Source: an uncultured Subdoligranulum sp. (GTDB lineage Bacteria; Bacillota; Clostridia; Oscillospirales; Ruminococcaceae). Taken from it: a stretch of DNA of 53,695 nucleotides. Positions within the stretch are counted from its first letter, which is position 1. Every line of letters begins with the position of its first letter. Below are positions 16,383 to 25,031 of this stretch, piece after piece. The DNA lies in the NCBI GenBank assembly GCA_964542725.1, contig CAZIVF010000002.1:1-53695 (forward strand), written 5' to 3'. The position numbers and the translations under genes are program-made. The notes under the pieces are model-generated. The model saw only the letters and a program-made list of their open reading frames with translations, was not told the DNA's origin and ran no database searches.

Positions 16383-17299
16383 TACCGTGACCCTTTATCG
16401 TAGGGGATACCCTCGGCCTTGGGGGCCTGGGAATTCTTGGAAGTGAAGGCCAGAATGACCATCGAAGCGATAAACGGCATCATGTTGTAGATGTTGCTGG
16501 ACCAGCCAAGGCCGGCAAGGATGGTGGAGTCAGCAATGTTCGCCAGGCTCTTGAATACGGCAAAGAACATGGCGGCGCCAAAAATATTGAAGGGCTTCCA
16601 CTGACCGAAGATCATAACGGCCATCGCCAAAAAGCCGGTGCCGGCCACGCCGACTTCAAAGTTCCAGGTCTGCACGGCGGGTACGATGTAGGCGAAACCG
16701 CCGACGGCGCCCAGCGCGCCGGAAATCAGAACGCCGGCGTAGCGCATTTTATATACGTTGATGCCCACCGAGTCCGCCGCCTGGGGATGCTCGCCGCAGG
16801 CGCACAGGCGCAGGCCGAAGCGGGTCTTATACATGACAATATAGCTGACGATGAGCAACACGATGCCCAGCGGGATAAAGACGTTCAGTTCCAGGCCGCC
16901 GATGCTGAAGAGGAAAGCTTTGTTGCTGTAGTTCAGCTTGGCGGAGCCGCTGTCACTGAAATACTTGGCGACAACGACGGCGATGGCGGTGGCCAGCAGA
17001 TTCAGCGCCGTGCCGCCGATGGTTTGGTCCGCTTTCAGGTTGATGGAGGCGAAGGCAAGCAGCAGCGAATAGAGCATGCCGGCCAGTGCCGCCACCACCA
17101 CAGAGAGCAGCACCACCAAAAAGGCGGGCGTACCGGCTGGCAGCAGCGAGATGGTCAGCACACCGGCGATGCCGCCGATGACCATGATGCCTTCCAGGGC
17201 GATGTTGATGATGCCGGAATGTTCGCTGAACATGCCGCCCAGCGCCACCAGCATCAGCACGATGCCGTACAGCAGGGTGTATTTGATAAGCAGCAGCAT
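16382..17299 (-). CDS. nucleoside ABC transporter permease (NupC-like)
   Basis: SEHSGIINIALEG, GLRLCACGEHPQAADSVGINV, FGQWKP. Confidence 0.9.
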   Translation of the reverse strand: MLLLIKYTLLYGIVLMLVALGGMFSEHSGIINIALEGIMVIGGIAGVLTISLLPAGTPAFLVVLLSVVVAALAGMLYSLLLAFASINLKADQTIGGTALNLLATAIAVVVAKYFSDSGSAKLNYSNKAFLFSIGGLELNVFIPLGIVLLIVSYIVMYKTRFGLRLCACGEHPQAADSVGINVYKMRYAGVLISGALGAVGGFAYIVPAVQTWNFEVGVAGTGFLAMAVMIFGQWKPFNIFGAAMFFAVFKSLANIADSTILAGLGWSSNIYNMMPFIASMVILAFTSKNSQAPKAEGIPYDKGSR

Positions 17300-17300
17300 C

Positions 17301-18479
17301 TTATTCTCCCTCCTTCTTCGGTTGGTCGGCCGGAGCGGCGGGGGCCGGCTCGGCATTGGCGTCGGGGTCCTGGGGCTTGCCGCGGCTCAGCAGCGCGGCG
17401 ATCTTGCCGCGGAACAGCATGGAGAAGGCGCAGAGGTAGATGATGATGCCGCTGATCAGATCCGCAATCTCGGTGGGGAAGTAATTGGTGGGCAGGAAGG
17501 TGCCGCCCACCGAAATGTGAGAGATGAACAGCGCCGAGAAGACGGTGCCGATCGGGTTGGAGGAGGCCAGCAGCGCCACCGAGATGCCGTTGAAGCCCAT
17601 GGCGGGCAGGCTGGTGGAGTTCAGCGGGTTCCACTCAGCCACCCCGGAAAGATAGTACAGCCCCGCGCCGAAACCGGCCAGCGCACCGGCGATCGTCATG
17701 GAGAGGATAATGTTTTTCTTCTCGTTGATGCCGGCGTAGCGGGCGGCGTTCTTGTTGAGGCCGACGGCTTTCAGTTCATAGCCGAAGGTGGTCTTATCCA
17801 GAATCACCCAGATCAGTACCGCCACCAGGATAGCCAGGAAGACGGCGATGGTGGTGGAGGTGGTCTGGAAAAGCTTGTTCAGGCCAAAGTCGGGGATTAC
17901 GCCGCCGCTGTAGGCGGCGTTCTTGCGCAGGTTCCAGCTGCGGGTGTTGCGGGCATCGTACATGATGCCGCTGCCGCCGCCGTAGATGATCTCATTGACC
18001 AGGTAGAGGCCGATCCAGTTGAACATAATGGCGGTGATGACCTCGTTGATGTTCAGATAGGCCTTGAAGATGCCGGGGATCGCCCCCCAGATGCCGCCGA
18101 ACACCGCCGATGCCAGCAGGCAGACCCACCAGGGCAGCTGCAGCACGATGGCGCAGTACAGCGCGCCGAAGGCGCCCAGTGTATACTGCCCCGCCGCGCC
18201 GATGTTGAACAGACCGGTTTTGAAGGCAAAGCCCACCGAAAGGCCGGTCATGATGAGCGGGGCAGCGTTGGCAAGCTCCTTGCCGACGCCGTAGGGCGCA
18301 TCGTAGAAGCCGCCCTGGAGGATGCGGATGATGCCCTCGCCCCAGGCGTGCTCATGGTTGATGAGCAGCAGCACGATCAAGCCGCAGACAAGGCCGATGA
18401 GGATACAGAGCAGCGCCGCCAGCACGCTACAAAGACGCTGCTGGGCCGAGGCGCGGGTTTTGAGTGTGTTCTTTGCCAT
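17301..18479 (-). CDS. nucleoside ABC transporter permease (NupB-like)
   Basis: GLFNIGAAGQ, NEVITAIMFN, GYELKAVGLN..AARYAGI. Confidence 0.9.
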   Translation of the reverse strand: MAKNTLKTRASAQQRLCSVLAALLCILIGLVCGLIVLLLINHEHAWGEGIIRILQGGFYDAPYGVGKELANAAPLIMTGLSVGFAFKTGLFNIGAAGQYTLGAFGALYCAIVLQLPWWVCLLASAVFGGIWGAIPGIFKAYLNINEVITAIMFNWIGLYLVNEIIYGGGSGIMYDARNTRSWNLRKNAAYSGGVIPDFGLNKLFQTTSTTIAVFLAILVAVLIWVILDKTTFGYELKAVGLNKNAARYAGINEKKNIILSMTIAGALAGFGAGLYYLSGVAEWNPLNSTSLPAMGFNGISVALLASSNPIGTVFSALFISHISVGGTFLPTNYFPTEIADLISGIIIYLCAFSMLFRGKIAALLSRGKPQDPDANAEPAPAAPADQPKKEGE

Positions 18480-18481
18480 GG

Positions 18482-20020
18482 TTACTGCGCCTCCTTCGTC
18501 TGCTTTTTGGCGCCGGCCATATACAGGCCCAGCTCCTGCACGGTGGTCTTCTTGGGATCGAATTCGCCGACAATCTCACCCTCGTACATAACCAGGATGC
18601 GGTCCGACAAATTCATCACCTCGTCCAGTTCCAGGCTGACCAGCAGGACGGCCTTGCCCTTGTCCCGCTCGGCCACGATCTGGCTGTGGATATACTCGAT
18701 AGCGCCCACATCCAGGCCGCGGGTGGGCTGCACGGCCACCAGCAGTTGGGGATCCTTATCGATCTCGCGGGCGATGATGGCTTTCTGCTGGTTGCCACCC
18801 GACATGCTGCGGGCGATGGTCATGCTGCCCTGGCCGCTGCGCACGTCATATTGGGCGATCAGGCGGTCGGAATACTCCCGCACGGCATCCTTTTTGATGA
18901 AGCCCTTCTGCTGGAACTCCGGCTGCCAGTAGCGCTGCAGGACCATATTGTCGGCCAGGGTGTAGTCCAGCACCAGGCCGTACTTGTGGCGGTCCTCCGG
19001 GATATGGCTCATGCCGTCCTTGGAGCGCTGGCGAATTGTAGCATGGGTGATATCCTTGCCTGCCAGGGTGAGCTTGCCCTCGGTGAGTTTTTCCAGACCG
19101 GTCAGGCCGTAGACAAACTCCGTCTGGCCGTTGCCCTCGATACCCGCCAGGCAGACGATCTCGCCCCTGCGCACCTGGAAGGAAACGCCGGTGACGCTGT
19201 TCTTTTTGTGGTGCTTGCCGGCTATCGTCACATTCTGCACATCCAGCACCACCTCGCCGGGCTGGGCAGGCTTCTTTTCCACCTGCAGCTGGACGTCGCG
19301 GCCCACCATGCGGCGGGAGAGCTCCTCCTTGGTGGTTCCGGCAATGTCCACGGTACCCATGTACTTGCCCTTGCGCAACACAGTGCAGCGGTCTGCCACC
19401 GCCATGATCTCGTTCAGTTTATGGGTGATGAACAGGATCGATTTACCCTCGGCCTTAAAGCCGCGCATAATCTCCATCAGTTCATCAATTTCCTGGGGCG
19501 TGAGGACGGCGGTGGGTTCGTCAAAAATGAGGATTTCGTTGTCGCGGTAGAGCATCTTCAGAATCTCGACACGCTGCTGCATACCCACCGAGATATCGCT
19601 GACCAAAGCGTCTGGGTCGACGCGCAGGCCGTACTTTTCCGATAAGGCCAGCACCTTCTTGCGCGCCTCGGCCTTCTGCAAAAAGCCCAGCTTGTTCGGT
19701 TCGACGCCCAGGATGATGTTATCCAGCACGGTGAAGCACTCCACCAGCTTAAAGTGCTGGTGTACCATGCCGATTCCCAGGGCGTTGGCGTCGTTGGGGT
19801 TGTTGACCTTGACCTCCTGCCCGTTCTTTTTGATAGTGCCTTGTTCCGGCTGGTACAAGCCAAAAAGCACGCTCATCAACGTGCTTTTGCCGGCGCCGTT
19901 CTCGCCCAGGAGGGCGTGTACCTCGCCTTTGCGCAGTTGCAGGGTGATATCATCGTTAGCCTTGATACCAGGGAATTCCTTGGTAATGTGCAGCATTTCG
20001 ATCACAAAATCCTCTGCCAA
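18482..20020 (-). CDS. nucleoside/sugar ABC transporter ATP-binding protein (NupA-like, duplicated NBD)
   Basis: GENGAGKST, DEPTAVL, HIPEDR, SGGNQQK, QPTRGLDVGA. TTG start inferred from RBS GAAAGGAG. Confidence 0.92.
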   Translation of the reverse strand: MAEDFVIEMLHITKEFPGIKANDDITLQLRKGEVHALLGENGAGKSTLMSVLFGLYQPEQGTIKKNGQEVKVNNPNDANALGIGMVHQHFKLVECFTVLDNIILGVEPNKLGFLQKAEARKKVLALSEKYGLRVDPDALVSDISVGMQQRVEILKMLYRDNEILIFDEPTAVLTPQEIDELMEIMRGFKAEGKSILFITHKLNEIMAVADRCTVLRKGKYMGTVDIAGTTKEELSRRMVGRDVQLQVEKKPAQPGEVVLDVQNVTIAGKHHKKNSVTGVSFQVRRGEIVCLAGIEGNGQTEFVYGLTGLEKLTEGKLTLAGKDITHATIRQRSKDGMSHIPEDRHKYGLVLDYTLADNMVLQRYWQPEFQQKGFIKKDAVREYSDRLIAQYDVRSGQGSMTIARSMSGGNQQKAIIAREIDKDPQLLVAVQPTRGLDVGAIEYIHSQIVAERDKGKAVLLVSLELDEVMNLSDRILVMYEGEIVGEFDPKKTTVQELGLYMAGAKKQTKEAQ

Positions 20021-20158
20021 CCTGCTCACGCTCCTTTCAAATGTCAGTATACATTTTATTATAAGGTTTTTTCTGCGGCAAAACAAGGTTTACTTCCCCT
20101 AATTTTCCCAAAATTTTAGCAGGAAGCAAGATTTTTTATGGTTTATGCTTTGCGCCGC

Positions 20159-20190
20159 AAAAAAGCGGAGCGCATCGAGATGCGCCCCGC
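20159..20190 (-). terminator. terminator/attenuator hairpin after the BMP gene
   Basis: GCGGAGCGCAT-cgag-ATGCGCCCCGC with an A-run on + (T-run on -). Confidence 0.6.
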
Positions 20191-20208
20191 AGGGGATAGT
20201 TTAAAAAA

Positions 20209-21396
20209 TCAGGCAATGTAGGTGACGTTGACCTTATCGCTCAGTTCTGGCTTCACAGCGTCCTCGCAGGCGTTGTCCACCGTGATCTCACCGGAAGCGA
20301 TCTTGGCCACGACAGCCTCGTACTGCTCCTGGGTGAAGGACCTGAAGTTCCAGCTGTCATCCGCGGTGGGCAGGCCGACAAAGTCGCCCTCCTCCAGGCC
20401 CAGGTTGGCGTTGGTTCCCGCAATGCTGGCCCACTCGCCGTTGGCGATGGAGGTCAGAGCGGAATTCACAGAAGCGGACAGGCCCTTCATGGCGGAGGTG
20501 ACGAAGGGGTTGTAATCGTAGCTGCCGTCCGCCACGCCGTTGACGCCGATATAGTTCTGGTCAACGTCGACGCCGACCACATAGCCGTTGCTCTTCAGGG
20601 CAGCTTCCACCGCAGAGGTGTAGATGCCGCCGCCGCAGGCGAAGACCAACTCAGTGCCGTTGCCGTACCAACCCTCCATACGGGAGGTGATGTTGGCGTC
20701 GCCGTAGAACTGGCCGCCATAGTAGTAGTTGACGGTGACGGAATTGCCGGTCTCCTGCGCGGCGGCATCCAGGCCCTGCAGATAGCCGTAGCCGTAGCGG
20801 ATAACGGCGGGAACGGCCATGCCGCCCAAGAAGCCGACGTTGGTCCAGCCGTCCATACCCACAGCGTAGCCGGCCAGGTAGCCCGCCTGCTCCTCCTTGA
20901 AGGTGATGCAATAGATGTTGGAGGGGATCGGGTCGCCGGAATCACCGGTGATATCGTACTGGGTCACGTCGATGGCGATGAAGCGGATGTCGGGGTACTG
21001 CTCGGAAGCCCACAGCAGGGAAGCGCCGTACAGATAGCCGACGCAGACGACGGTGTCGGCGCCGTCATTCACGGCGGTGCGGATCATCGTCTCGCGATCC
21101 TCATCGGAGGCGTCCTGGCTGGGGGGCAGATAGTACTGATCCTCGATGCCGTTGGCGCTCTTGTAGGCTTCCACGGCGGTCCAGCAGGCCTGGTTGAAGC
21201 TCTCGTCGTCGATGGTGCCGGTGTCGCAGACTAGGGCGACCTTGGTCAGGCCGCCGGCGGCCTCCGCCGTGGTGGCGCTGGAAGCCGCCTCACCGGAGGA
21301 CGCCTCCTGAGAAGCAGCGCTGGAGGCGCTGCCGCCGCAGGCAACCATGGACAGCGCCATACAGGCGGCCATGGCCAGTGCAAGGAATTTCTTCAT
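20209..21396 (-). CDS. BMP family ABC substrate-binding lipoprotein (PnrA/TmpC-like nucleoside binding)
   Basis: Lipobox MVAC, DTGTIDDESFNQ, FKEEQAGYLAGY, VGVDVDQ, TSAMK. Confidence 0.92.
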   Translation of the reverse strand: MKKFLALAMAACMALSMVACGGSASSAASQEASSGEAASSATTAEAAGGLTKVALVCDTGTIDDESFNQACWTAVEAYKSANGIEDQYYLPPSQDASDEDRETMIRTAVNDGADTVVCVGYLYGASLLWASEQYPDIRFIAIDVTQYDITGDSGDPIPSNIYCITFKEEQAGYLAGYAVGMDGWTNVGFLGGMAVPAVIRYGYGYLQGLDAAAQETGNSVTVNYYYGGQFYGDANITSRMEGWYGNGTELVFACGGGIYTSAVEAALKSNGYVVGVDVDQNYIGVNGVADGSYDYNPFVTSAMKGLSASVNSALTSIANGEWASIAGTNANLGLEEGDFVGLPTADDSWNFRSFTQEQYEAVVAKIASGEITVDNACEDAVKPELSDKVNVTYIA

Positions 21397-21454
21397 AGTT
21401 TTATTCTCCTTTATGCAGTTATTGGGGCGGTCGAAGCGCCGCCGCGATGTTTTT

Positions 21455-21483
21455 AGTATAGTCGATTTCGGCAAAATTTTCAA
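21455..21483 (-). promoter_or_regulatory. sigma-A promoter of the BMP/ABC operon
   Basis: minus strand TTGAAA-17-TATACT. Confidence 0.7.
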
Positions 21484-21557
21484 TGCCCCTGCCGGAAAAA
21501 GGCGTTACAAAAGCATGACAAAACAGCCTTCTGCGCTTGTTTTTATCGTTTAGACGT

Positions 21558-22712
21558 TTAATTCTGGCTGTAGACCGCCACGTTGGCCGTCTCCGGCAGA
21601 TCATCGGCGTCGGAATACCGCTCCACCTTGAGGGAACCCTCCCGCAGACGGGCGTATAGAACCTGATATTCCTCCTGGGTGAAGCGGGCAAAACGCCACT
21701 CTGCGGCAGGCAGAGCGACGGCTTCATCGCTGAATCCCAGCGTCTGCGTCTGCCCCGCCAACTCAACGTCCCAGGAACTGCCGGACGTGTAGAAGCTGTA
21801 CAGGCTCCGCTGCACCGCGGCGGACTCGCACGCAATGGCGGAGGTGAGTACCTGCTCCCCCAGCGACGCCTGATCCCACTCGGCGGCGATGACCTTACCG
21901 CCGCTCTCCCGCGCGGCGTCAACGCAGCTCTGCGCCAGGCTGCCGCCGCTGGCCAGAATCAGCTGGGTACCGTCGCTGTACCAACCGCTCATGCGGGCTG
22001 TGACATCCTCGTTAGCCTCATAGGTGCCGCTGTACCAGATCTTCAGCGCGATCTGTTCCCCCTGCAGTTCGGCGGCAGTCTCCGCCCCCTGCAAAAAGCC
22101 GGTGCAGTAGCGCACGATCCCCGGCATCTTCTCCGCCCCCAGGAAGCCCAGACGGGTGTAGCCGTCCATCACGGCGGCGTAGCCGGCCAAAAAGCCCGCT
22201 TGCTCCTCCTGGAAGAGGATACAGTGGACGTTGGAGTTGGTGGTGTAGGTCACATAGTCCTCGCTGTGCGGTTCGCCGTCCAGCAGCAGATAGCTGACGG
22301 TGGGATAGTTGCCCTGCAGGCTATAGAGGGCGGCGGCCATCGCAGCGCCCCGGCAGACCACCAGCGACGCGCCGCTCTCGGCGGCGGCGCGCAGAGCGCC
22401 GAGGGCAGCCTCCTGGGAGGATTCCTCCGCCACATAGGACACCGCGCTGAAGTGGAAGGTCTCGGCAAAGGTCTGTACGCCGCGCCAAGCGGCGGCGTTG
22501 GGGCCAGTCTCCACGCCGTTGCTGTCGGCGGCGAAGGCGATCGCCGCGCCGCCGCCATCCAGCGGGGTCTCCCCTTCGGGCGCCTCCAGAATATAGGTGC
22601 TGTCATCCGCCGGGGCGACGGCGTCCCCCTCGGCAGAGGGGGCGGCGCCGTCGCAGGCACACAGCCCTGCGGCCAGCGCCGCCGACAGGATAAGGGATAG
22701 AATCTTTTTCAT
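21558..22712 (-). CDS. second, divergent BMP family lipoprotein
   Basis: Lipobox LCAC, FQEEQAGFLAGYAAV.DGY..LGFLG. Confidence 0.85.
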   Translation of the reverse strand: MKKILSLILSAALAAGLCACDGAAPSAEGDAVAPADDSTYILEAPEGETPLDGGGAAIAFAADSNGVETGPNAAAWRGVQTFAETFHFSAVSYVAEESSQEAALGALRAAAESGASLVVCRGAAMAAALYSLQGNYPTVSYLLLDGEPHSEDYVTYTTNSNVHCILFQEEQAGFLAGYAAVMDGYTRLGFLGAEKMPGIVRYCTGFLQGAETAAELQGEQIALKIWYSGTYEANEDVTARMSGWYSDGTQLILASGGSLAQSCVDAARESGGKVIAAEWDQASLGEQVLTSAIACESAAVQRSLYSFYTSGSSWDVELAGQTQTLGFSDEAVALPAAEWRFARFTQEEYQVLYARLREGSLKVERYSDADDLPETANVAVYSQN

Positions 22713-22840
22713 GGGATCAGGGAACTCCTTTGTGCGGGGAAGCGCGCTTCGCGGGCGGATGCCCCGGGCGCTTCCCTCAGTGTAGCGTATGCCCGAACAG
22801 TATGACGCATCGGGGCGGTTTTGTCAACCCGGGCCGTCCT

Positions 22841-23266
22841 CTACTCCGTCAGGTTGGCCGGGCCGAAGCCGTAAGGCAGCAGTTCCCCTAGCGTAGTCTC
22901 GATATAATCCTCCTCGCTGCGGGCCATGAGGACGATGAGACCGGGGCCGCAGAACTCATACAGGGCCTGGCGGCAGACGCCGCAGGGGCTGGTGACAAGG
23001 CGGTTGGTCTCCCCCTCTCGGCTGCCTACCACCGCAATGGCCGCGAAGGACCGCTCCCCCTCGCTGACCGCCTTGAACAGGGCGGTGCGTTCGGCACAGT
23101 TGGTGGGGGTGTAGGATGCGCTCTCAATATTACAGCCGGTGTAGACACGGCCCTTCCGGGTGAGCAGCGCCGCCCCCACCTGAAAGTGGGAGTAGGGCGT
23201 GTAGGCAAAGCGGCGGGCGGCAAAGGCCGCCCGGATCAGTGCCCGGGCCTGGGCCGTTTCCATCAC
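22841..23266 (-). CDS. cdd: cytidine deaminase
   Basis: AYTPYSHFQVGAAL, GCNIE, CAERTA, PCGVCRQ, LLPYGF. Confidence 0.95.
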   Translation of the reverse strand: MMETAQARALIRAAFAARRFAYTPYSHFQVGAALLTRKGRVYTGCNIESASYTPTNCAERTALFKAVSEGERSFAAIAVVGSREGETNRLVTSPCGVCRQALYEFCGPGLIVLMARSEEDYIETTLGELLPYGFGPANLTE

Positions 23267-24000
23267 AGCCGCACCCCCAGATAGCGGTCGACCTGCAGGG
23301 CCACGCGCATCATCTCGGTAAAGCTGGTTTGGCGCTGCTCCGGGGTGGTGATCTCCGGCGCGACGAAACTGTCTGAGATGGTCAGCAGGCAGGCGGCGTT
23401 TTTGCCCAGCACCTTGGCGTTGTGGAAGAGGGCGAAGCTCTCCATCTCAACGCAGAGGCAGCCCTTCTCGTCACGCAGCTTCTCCCAGTAGGTGGGCTTG
23501 GCGTCGCTGGGTTCACGGTAAAAGACGTCGGAGGAATGGATGTTGCCCTCGATCAGGCGGACGCCCTGGGCCTCGGCGGATGCCTTCAGCGCGGCGTTCA
23601 GGGCAGCGCTGGGGAGTTGGATATCGGCGGGGTCGCCGGACTGGGTCATGGCATAGTTGCTCTCAGACACGGCACCGGCGGCCAGCACCACGTCGAAGAG
23701 CTTTGCCTTCTCGGTGTAGGAGCCGGCGGAACCGATGCGGATGATGTTCTCCACGCCGTACTGGCTGAACAGCTCATAGGAATAGATACCGATGGAGGGC
23801 ATCCCCATGCCGCTTCCCATCACGCTGATGGGGCGACCCTCATAGGTGCCGGTATAGCCCAGCATGCCGCGCACATCGGTGACGAGCTGCGGGTCATCCA
23901 GGAAGGTCTCGGCAATAAATTTGGCGCGCAGCGGATCGCCGGGCATTAGGACGGTTTTGGCAAAGGCGCCGTTTTCGGCGCGATTGTGGGGGGTAGACAT
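23263..24000 (-). CDS. deoD: purine nucleoside phosphorylase DeoD-type
   Basis: TPHN, VLMPGDPLRAKFIAE, GMGMPSIGIY, VEMES, LTISD. RBS AAGGAG. Confidence 0.95.
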   Translation of the reverse strand: MSTPHNRAENGAFAKTVLMPGDPLRAKFIAETFLDDPQLVTDVRGMLGYTGTYEGRPISVMGSGMGMPSIGIYSYELFSQYGVENIIRIGSAGSYTEKAKLFDVVLAAGAVSESNYAMTQSGDPADIQLPSAALNAALKASAEAQGVRLIEGNIHSSDVFYREPSDAKPTYWEKLRDEKGCLCVEMESFALFHNAKVLGKNAACLLTISDSFVAPEITTPEQRQTSFTEMMRVALQVDRYLGVRL

Positions 24001-24037
24001 AACAGTCACGCTCCTTTATGATGGTTGTTATAGGATA

Positions 24038-24070
24038 AGTATACCACATTTCAGCGGTTTGTGGTAAAAT
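24038..24070. promoter_or_regulatory. back-to-back extended -10 promoters for deoD (-) and the radical SAM gene (+)
   Basis: TGTGGTATACT on - (24038-24048) and TGTGGTAAAAT on + (24060-24070). Confidence 0.55.
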
Positions 24071-24115
24071 TAGAGAGGAAATTCTTGAAATTCTCACAGA
24101 GTAGGAGGTTCCGCC

Positions 24116-25030
24116 ATGCATCCGCCCCGTCATTGCACCCTCTGCCCCCGGGCCTGCGGCGCCGACCGCGCGGCGGGCCGCACCGGTTTGTGCGGCGCGG
24201 GGGATACCCTGCTGGCCGCCCGCGCCGCCCTACACCACTGGGAGGAGCCCTGCCTGAGCGGCGAGCCCCAGGATGCGCGGGGCAGCGGCACGGTGTTTTT
24301 CACCGGCTGCCCGCTGCGATGCTGCTACTGCCAGAACTATATCGTCAGCCAGCAAGGCCTTGGCAAGGCCATCGACGCGGCACGGCTGGCGGAGATCTTT
24401 TTGGAACTGCAGCGCGGCGGCGCGCGGAACATCAACCTAGTCACCGCCACCCAATGGCTGCCCTGGGTGACGGAGGCTCTGGACGCCGCCCGCGCCCGCG
24501 GCCTGGCGTTGCCTGTGGTCTGGAACACCGGCGGCTACGAGACGGTAGAGACGGTGCGGGCGCTGGCCGGGTATGTGGACATCTGGCTGGCCGATTACAA
24601 ATACGCCGACGGCGCGCTGGCGGCGGAGCTCTCCGCCGCGCCGGACTACCCGGCGGTCTGCGAGGCGGCGCTGCGGCAGATGCTGGCCCAGACCGGCGCG
24701 CCGGCGTTCGACGGCGCGGGGTATCTGCGGCGGGGGGTCATCGTGCGGCATCTGGCGCTGCCCGGCCACACGGCGGACAGCCTTGCCGTGTTGCGGCGGC
24801 TGGCCGCCCTGCGGCAGGAGACGGGGGTGGCGTTTATCCCCAGCCTGATGAGCCAGTTCACGCCGTTTTACCGGGCGGCGGAGCATGGCCTGGGGCGGCG
24901 GATCACCAGCTATGAGTACCGCCGCCTCATTGACGAGGCGTTGGCGCTGGGGCTGACCAATGGCTATATGCAGGAGAAGAGCAGCGCGCGGGAGGAGTAT
25001 ACCCCTCCCTTTGATCTGGAGGGGGTTTGA
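24116..25030 (+). CDS. radical SAM protein, PflX-like
   Basis: CTLCPRAC, HHWEEPCLSG, GSGTVFFTGCPLRCCYCQN, NINLVT, VIVRHLALP, SLMSQFTP. Confidence 0.88.
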   Translation: MHPPRHCTLCPRACGADRAAGRTGLCGAGDTLLAARAALHHWEEPCLSGEPQDARGSGTVFFTGCPLRCCYCQNYIVSQQGLGKAIDAARLAEIFLELQRGGARNINLVTATQWLPWVTEALDAARARGLALPVVWNTGGYETVETVRALAGYVDIWLADYKYADGALAAELSAAPDYPAVCEAALRQMLAQTGAPAFDGAGYLRRGVIVRHLALPGHTADSLAVLRRLAALRQETGVAFIPSLMSQFTPFYRAAEHGLGRRITSYEYRRLIDEALALGLTNGYMQEKSSAREEYTPPFDLEGV

Positions 25031-25031
25031 G

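Noticed and set aside
21397-21454. Purine riboswitch before the nucleoside transporter
   Set aside because: The leader is only about 50 nt and lacks the conserved aptamer core.
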